A stretch of DNA of 64,000 bases from Macrostomum lignano (lineage: Eukaryota). The position numbers and the translations under genes are program-made. Position 1 is the stretch's first letter; every line of letters starts with the position of its first letter. The notes below the pieces were generated by a model. It was not told where the DNA came from. It made no database searches and saw only the letters and a list, made by a program, of their open reading frames with translations. Below, piece after piece: positions 58,801 through 64,000 of this stretch. The stretch covers positions 1,116,001-1,180,000 of the forward strand of contig NIVC01000031.1 of NCBI GenBank assembly GCA_002269645.1, read 5' to 3'.

Positions 58801-61800
58801 GAAAATATGGGTTGGTCAAAGTTTTATGATTATAGCTTTGAGACTAATTGTACAGGTGTGTGAAAATATGGGTTGGTCGAAGTTTTATGATTATAGCTTT
58901 GAGGGTAATTGTACAGGTGTGTGAAAATATGGGGGATGAAGTTTTATGATTATAGCTTTGAGGCTAATTGTACAGGTGTGTGAAAATATGGGTTGGTCGA
59001 AGTTTTATGATTGTAGCTTTGAGGCTGATTGTACAGGTGTGTGAAAATATGGTTTGGTCGAAGTTTTATGATTGTAGCTTTGAGGCTAATTGTACAGGTG
59101 TGTGAAAATATGGGTTGGTCGAAGTTTTATGATTGTAGCTTTGAGGCTGATTGTACAGGTGTGTGAAAATATGGTTTGGTCGAAGTTTTATGATTATAGC
59201 TTTGACGCTGATTATACAGGTGTGTGAAAATATGGGTTGGTCGAAGTTTTATGATTATAGCTTTGAGGCTAATTGTACAGGTGTGTGAAAATATGGGTTG
59301 GTCGAAGTTTTATGATTATAGCTTTGAGGCTAAATGTACAGGTGTGTGAAAATATGGGTTGGTCGAAGTTTTATGATTATAGCTTTGAGGCTAATTATAC
59401 AGGTGTGTGAAAATATGGGTTGGTCGAAGTTTTATGATTATAGCTTTAAGACTAATTGTACAGGTGTGTGAAAATATGGGGATGATGAAGTTTTATGATT
59501 ATAGCTTTGAGACTAATTGTACAGGTGTGTGAAAATATGGGTTGGTCGAAGTTTTATGATTATAGCTTTGAGGGTAATTGTACAGGTGTGTGAAAATATG
59601 GGGAGGATGAAGTTTTATGATTATAGCTTTGAGGCTAATTGTACAGGTGTGTGAAAATATGGGTTGGTCGAAGTTTTATGATTGTAGCTTTGAGGCTGAT
59701 TGTACAGGTGTGGAAAATATGGTTTGGTGGAAGTTTTATGATTGTAGCTTTGAGGCTAATTGTACAGGTGTGTGAAAATATGGGTTGGTCGAAGTTTTAT
59801 GATTGTAGCTTTGAGGCTGATTGTACAGGTGTGTGAAAATATGGTTTGGTCGAAGTTTTATGATTATAGCTTTGACGCTGATTATACAGGTGTGTGAAAA
59901 TATGGGTTGGTCGAAGTTTTATGATTATAGCTTTGAGGCTAATTGTACAGGTGTGTGAAAATATGGGTTGGTCGAAGTTTTATGATTATAGCTTTGAGGC
60001 TAAATGTACAGGTGTGTGAAAATATGGGTTGGTCGAAGTTTTATGATTATAGCTTTGAGGCTAATTATACAGGTGTGTGAAAATATGGGTTGGTCGAAGT
60101 TTTATGATTATAGCTTTGACTAATTGTACAGGTGTGTGAAAATATGGGTGATGAAGTTTTATGATTATAGCTTTGAGACTAATTGTACAGGTGTGTGAAA
60201 ATATGGGTTGGTCGAAGTTTTATGATTATAGCTTTGAGGCTAATTGTACAGGTGTGTGAAAATATGGGGGGATGAAGTTTTATGATTATAGCTTTGAGGC
60301 TAATTGTACAGGTGTGTGAAAATATGGGTTGGTCGAAGTTTTATGATTATAGCTTTGAGGCTAATTGTACAGGTGTGTGAAAATATGGGTTGGTCGAAGT
60401 TTTATGATTATAGCTTTGAGGCTAAATGTACAGGTGTGTGAAAATATGGGTTGGTCGAAGTTTTATGATTATAGCTTTGAGGCTAATTGTACAGGTGTGT
60501 GAAAATATGGGTTGATTGAAGTTTTATGATTATAGCTTTGAGGCTAAATGTACAGGTGTGTGAAAATATGGGTTGGTCGAAGTTTTATGATTATAGCTTT
60601 GAGGCTAAATGTACAGGTGTGTGAAAATATGGGTTGGTCGAAGTTTTATGATTATAGCTTTGAGGCTAAATGTACAGGTGTGTGAAAATATGGGTTGGTC
60701 GAAGTTTTATGATTATAGCTTTGAGACTAATTGTACAGGTGTGTGAAAATATGGGTTGGTCGAAGTTTTATGATTATAGCTTTGAGGGTAATTGTACAGG
60801 TGTGTGAAAATATGGGGAGGATGAAGTTTTATGATTATAGCTTTGAGGCTAATTGTACAGGTGTGTGAAAATATGGGTTGGTCGAAGTTTTATGATTGTA
60901 GCTTTGAGGCTGATTGTACAGGTGTGTGAAAATATGGTTTGGTCGAAGTTTTATGATTGTAGCTTTGAGGCTAATTGTACAGGTGTGTGAAAATATGGGT
61001 TGGTCGAAGTTTTATGATTGTAGCTTTGAGGCTGATTGTACAGGTGTGTGAAAATATGGTTTGGTCGAAGTTTTATGATTATAGCTTTGACGCTGATTAT
61101 ACAGGTGTGTGAAAATATGGGTTGGTCGAAGTTTTATGATTATAGCTTTGACGCTAATTGTACAGGTGTGTGAAAATATGGTTTGGTCGAAGTTTTATGA
61201 TTATAGCTTTGAGGCTAATTGTACAGGTGTGTGAAAATATGGGTTGGTCGAAGTTTTATGATTATAGCTTTGAGGCTAATTGTACAGGTGTGTGAAAATA
61301 TGGGTTGGTCGAAGTTTTATGATTATAGCTTTGAGGCTAATTGTACAGGTGTGTGAAGATATGGGTTGGTCGAAGTTTTATGATTATAGCTTTGAGGCTA
61401 AATGTACAGGTGTGTGAAAATATGGGTTGGTCGAAGTTTTATGATTATAGCTTTGAGACTAATTGTACAGGTGTGTGAAAATATGGGTTGGTCGAAGTTT
61501 TATGATTATAGCTTTGAGGGTAATTGTACAGGTGTGTGAAAATATGGGGAGGATGAAGTTTTATGATTATAGCTTTGAGGCTAATTGTACAGGTGTGTGA
61601 AAATATGGGTTGGTCGAAGTTTTATGATTGTAGCTTTGAGGCTGATTGTACAGGTGTGTGAAAATATGGTTTGGTCGAAGTTTTATGATTGTAGCTTTGA
61701 GGCTAATTGTACAGGTGTGTGAAAATATGGGTTGGTCGAAGTTTTATGATTGTAGCTTTGAGGCTGATTGTACAGGTGTGTGAAAATATGGTTTGGTCGA

Positions 61801-62245
61801 AGTTTTATGATTATAGCTTTGACGCTGATTATACAGGTGTGTGAAAATATGGGTTGGTCGAAGTTTTATGATTATAGCTTTGACGCTAATTGTACAGGTG
61901 TGTGAAAATATGGTTTGGTCGAAGTTTTATGATTATAGCTTTGAGGCTAATTGTACAGGTGTGTGAAAATATGGGTTGGTCGAAGTTTTATGATTATAGC
62001 TTTGAGGCTAATTGTACAGGTGTGTGAAAATATGGGTTGGTCGAAGTTTTATGATTATAGCTTTGAGGCTAATTGTACAGGTGTGTGAAGATATGGGGAG
62101 GAGGAAGTTTTATGATTATAGCTTTGAGGCTAATTGTACAGGTGTGTGAAGATATGGGTTGGTCGAAGTTTTATGATTATAGCTTTGAGGCTAATTGTAC
62201 AGGTGTGTGAAAATATGGGGAGGAGGAAGTTTTATGATTATAGCT
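55815..62245. repeat. 61-bp satellite array (~105 copies)
   Basis: (GTGTGTGAAAATATGGGTTGGTCGAAGTTTTATGATTATAGCTTTGAGGCTAATTGTACAG)n with recurring variants. Confidence 0.98.
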
Positions 62246-62428
62246 GCGTTGCTAATTAAAGAGGTGGAGTTTAAGTTTTATTATCGCTCATTTGCTACAT
62301 CTTGAGGTGTGAAAACTGGATTTAAAAAATTCTAATACTGTATGACTATTGAAATCAAATTCAATATGTTGATCATTAATAAATAATTTCATGTTTGCCT
62401 ATACAATCATAAACCATAACAACCGACA

Positions 62429-63436
62429 ATGAGCTCGGCGGTCAGACAATCCAGCGCGCAAGCCTACCTTCAACACCATCGAGTTGGCGCCCTATTCGAA
62501 GAATTAATGGCTAGTTTAATTCGCGATCAACCGCAGGAGCCCCTGCTTCATCTGATGCGTTCACTGCAGCGCAAGGCCTCTGATCGGGGACTTTTAAAAC
62601 AGGGGTCGGAATTCAGCGCGTCTCCGGCCATGTCGGCGCCTCTCAGGCCGTCGACTGCGGCGCCGGCGAAATCGATGTCGGCTACTGTAGGCGTCGGCGC
62701 TTCGAGCGGCACCAGATCCTATGATAAACCTTGGCTGACTACTAGTAGTAGCAAGCCTGGCGGCATGAGAAAGTCCAGCTCCGGCAATGTGGCCGCCTCT
62801 ATGGCTGATTATAGCGCTTTTGAGGTGAGAGTCTATCTATGAGAATCGCCCCAAATCTACCTGTGAGAATCACCCCAAATCTACCTGTGAGAATCGCCCC
62901 AACTCTACCTGTAAGAATCGCCCTAAATCTACTTGTGAGAATAGCTCCAAACCTACCTATGAGAATCGCCCCAAATCTACCTATTCAGCGACAGCGCCAT
63001 CAGCAGAAGCAGCCTCGCGCCTCCCTGACCCAGCCGGACCCGTTTAACTCAGCTACGGCTGGCAACAACTATTTATGGTCAGCCGGGGAGGCTGCCTCTG
63101 CGGCTGAAGCGCCGACAACGGCGACGGCAGTAGCCGAGGCGGAAGCTGATATTCTCGGATCGGAATTCCGTCTGGCTAGAGGAGCACCAGATGCGAACTC
63201 TGGCGCTGCTGACAAAGATCAGGGTTCCAGTGTCGGAGACACAGATGCTGTACTCTCTGCTAGAGGATCTCGGCATCGAAGTGCTATGGCTGCTAGACAA
63301 GCTGCTAGAGAAGCTCGAATGAGACAGTTAGCCGAGACTAGTACTACTGCTGCCGCTGCTGGCAAATCGACAGACTCAGCGATTGGTAGCGGAGCTGATG
63401 AGGACGACTTTGAAGCTGATGGAGTTCTGCTTATGG
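62429..63436 (+). CDS. C8orf34/VEST1-like protein with N-terminal RIIa/DPY30-like docking domain (5' exons; gene continues)
   Basis: AQAYLQHHRVGALFEELMASLIRDQPQEPLLHLM and SYDKPW resemble, from memory, vertebrate C8orf34 ([22 protein letters not shown]...; SYDKPW). Exons 62429-62824 and 62989-63436 are in phase with GT-AG boundaries. Confidence 0.75.
62839..62985. repeat. 24-bp minisatellite filling intron 1
   Basis: About six copies of GTGAGAATCGCCCCAAATCTACCT. Confidence 0.9.
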
Positions 63437-63569
63437 GTGCGCGTTTACTAATTGTGGTGTTTTTTCTCAGTCTGGTTTTATTCTTTCAAACTTTTTTTAG
63501 TTGTTGTTGCCGAGGCCTTAGCGTCTGTTGCTATATGTTGAAGTTCTGTTGCTAAAGCGTCTGGTTGCG

Positions 63570-64000
63570 TTTCTATGGATCGGGATACTGTTGCTAAGGG
63601 TGTAGCTTGCGTTGCTATGGTTCAGGATTCGTTGCTAAGGCTGTAGCTTGTGTTGCAATGTGTCGGGATTATGTTGCTAAGGGTGTAGCTAGCGTTGTCA
63701 TGGGTCGGGATACTGTTGCTAAGGATGTAGCTTGCGTTGTCATGGGTCGGGATACTGTTGCTAAGGGTGTAGCTTGCGTTGTCATGGGTCGGGATACTGT
63801 TGCTAAGGGTGTAGCTTGCGTTGTCATGGGTCGGGATACTGTTGCTAAGGATGTAGCTTGCGTTGTCATGGGTCGGGATACTGTTGCTAAGGATGTAGCT
63901 TGCGTTGTCATGGATCGGGATACTGTTGCTAAGGATGTAGCTTGCGTTGTCATGGGTCGGGATACTGTTGCTAAGGGTGTAGCTTGCGTTGTCATGGGTC
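63570..64000. repeat. 42-bp minisatellite (runs off window)
   Basis: (GGGTCGGGATACTGTTGCTAAGGGTGTAGCTTGCGTTGTCAT)n. Confidence 0.95.

Noticed and set aside
55815-62245. CRISPR-like interpretation of the 61-bp array (and of the 33-, 31- and 24-bp arrays)
   Set aside because: Contiguous monomers with no unique spacers, no cas genes, and a eukaryotic context.

Overview
Eukaryotic, intron-containing, repeat-rich animal DNA. The polyQ-rich genes and overall style suggest a flatworm such as Macrostomum, but that is inference only. Host genes: a possible secreted PAN/Apple protein, a spliced Dishevelled (PDZ and DEP present; no DIX domain or canonical C-terminus found in the window), two divergent tandem SLC15/POT-like transporters, a 5-coding-exon G6PD, and the 5' part of a C8orf34-like gene. 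The main find is a 12.7-kb Foldback/Mutator-type DNA transposon (30372-43115). It has an 8/9-bp TSD and near-identical ~1.6-kb TIRs that run into internal satellite blocks. It encodes a NOF/MULE-like DDE transposase apparently spliced to a USP (peptidase C19) deubiquitinase domain with an intact catalytic triad, plus a convergent repeat-containing orphan ORF. Next to it is a decayed mariner interrupted by a Merlin-type element built from regular 61-bp hairpin cassettes. The window also holds Gypsy and RTE fragments, several MITEs and many minisatellites, including a ~6.4-kb 61-bp satellite.
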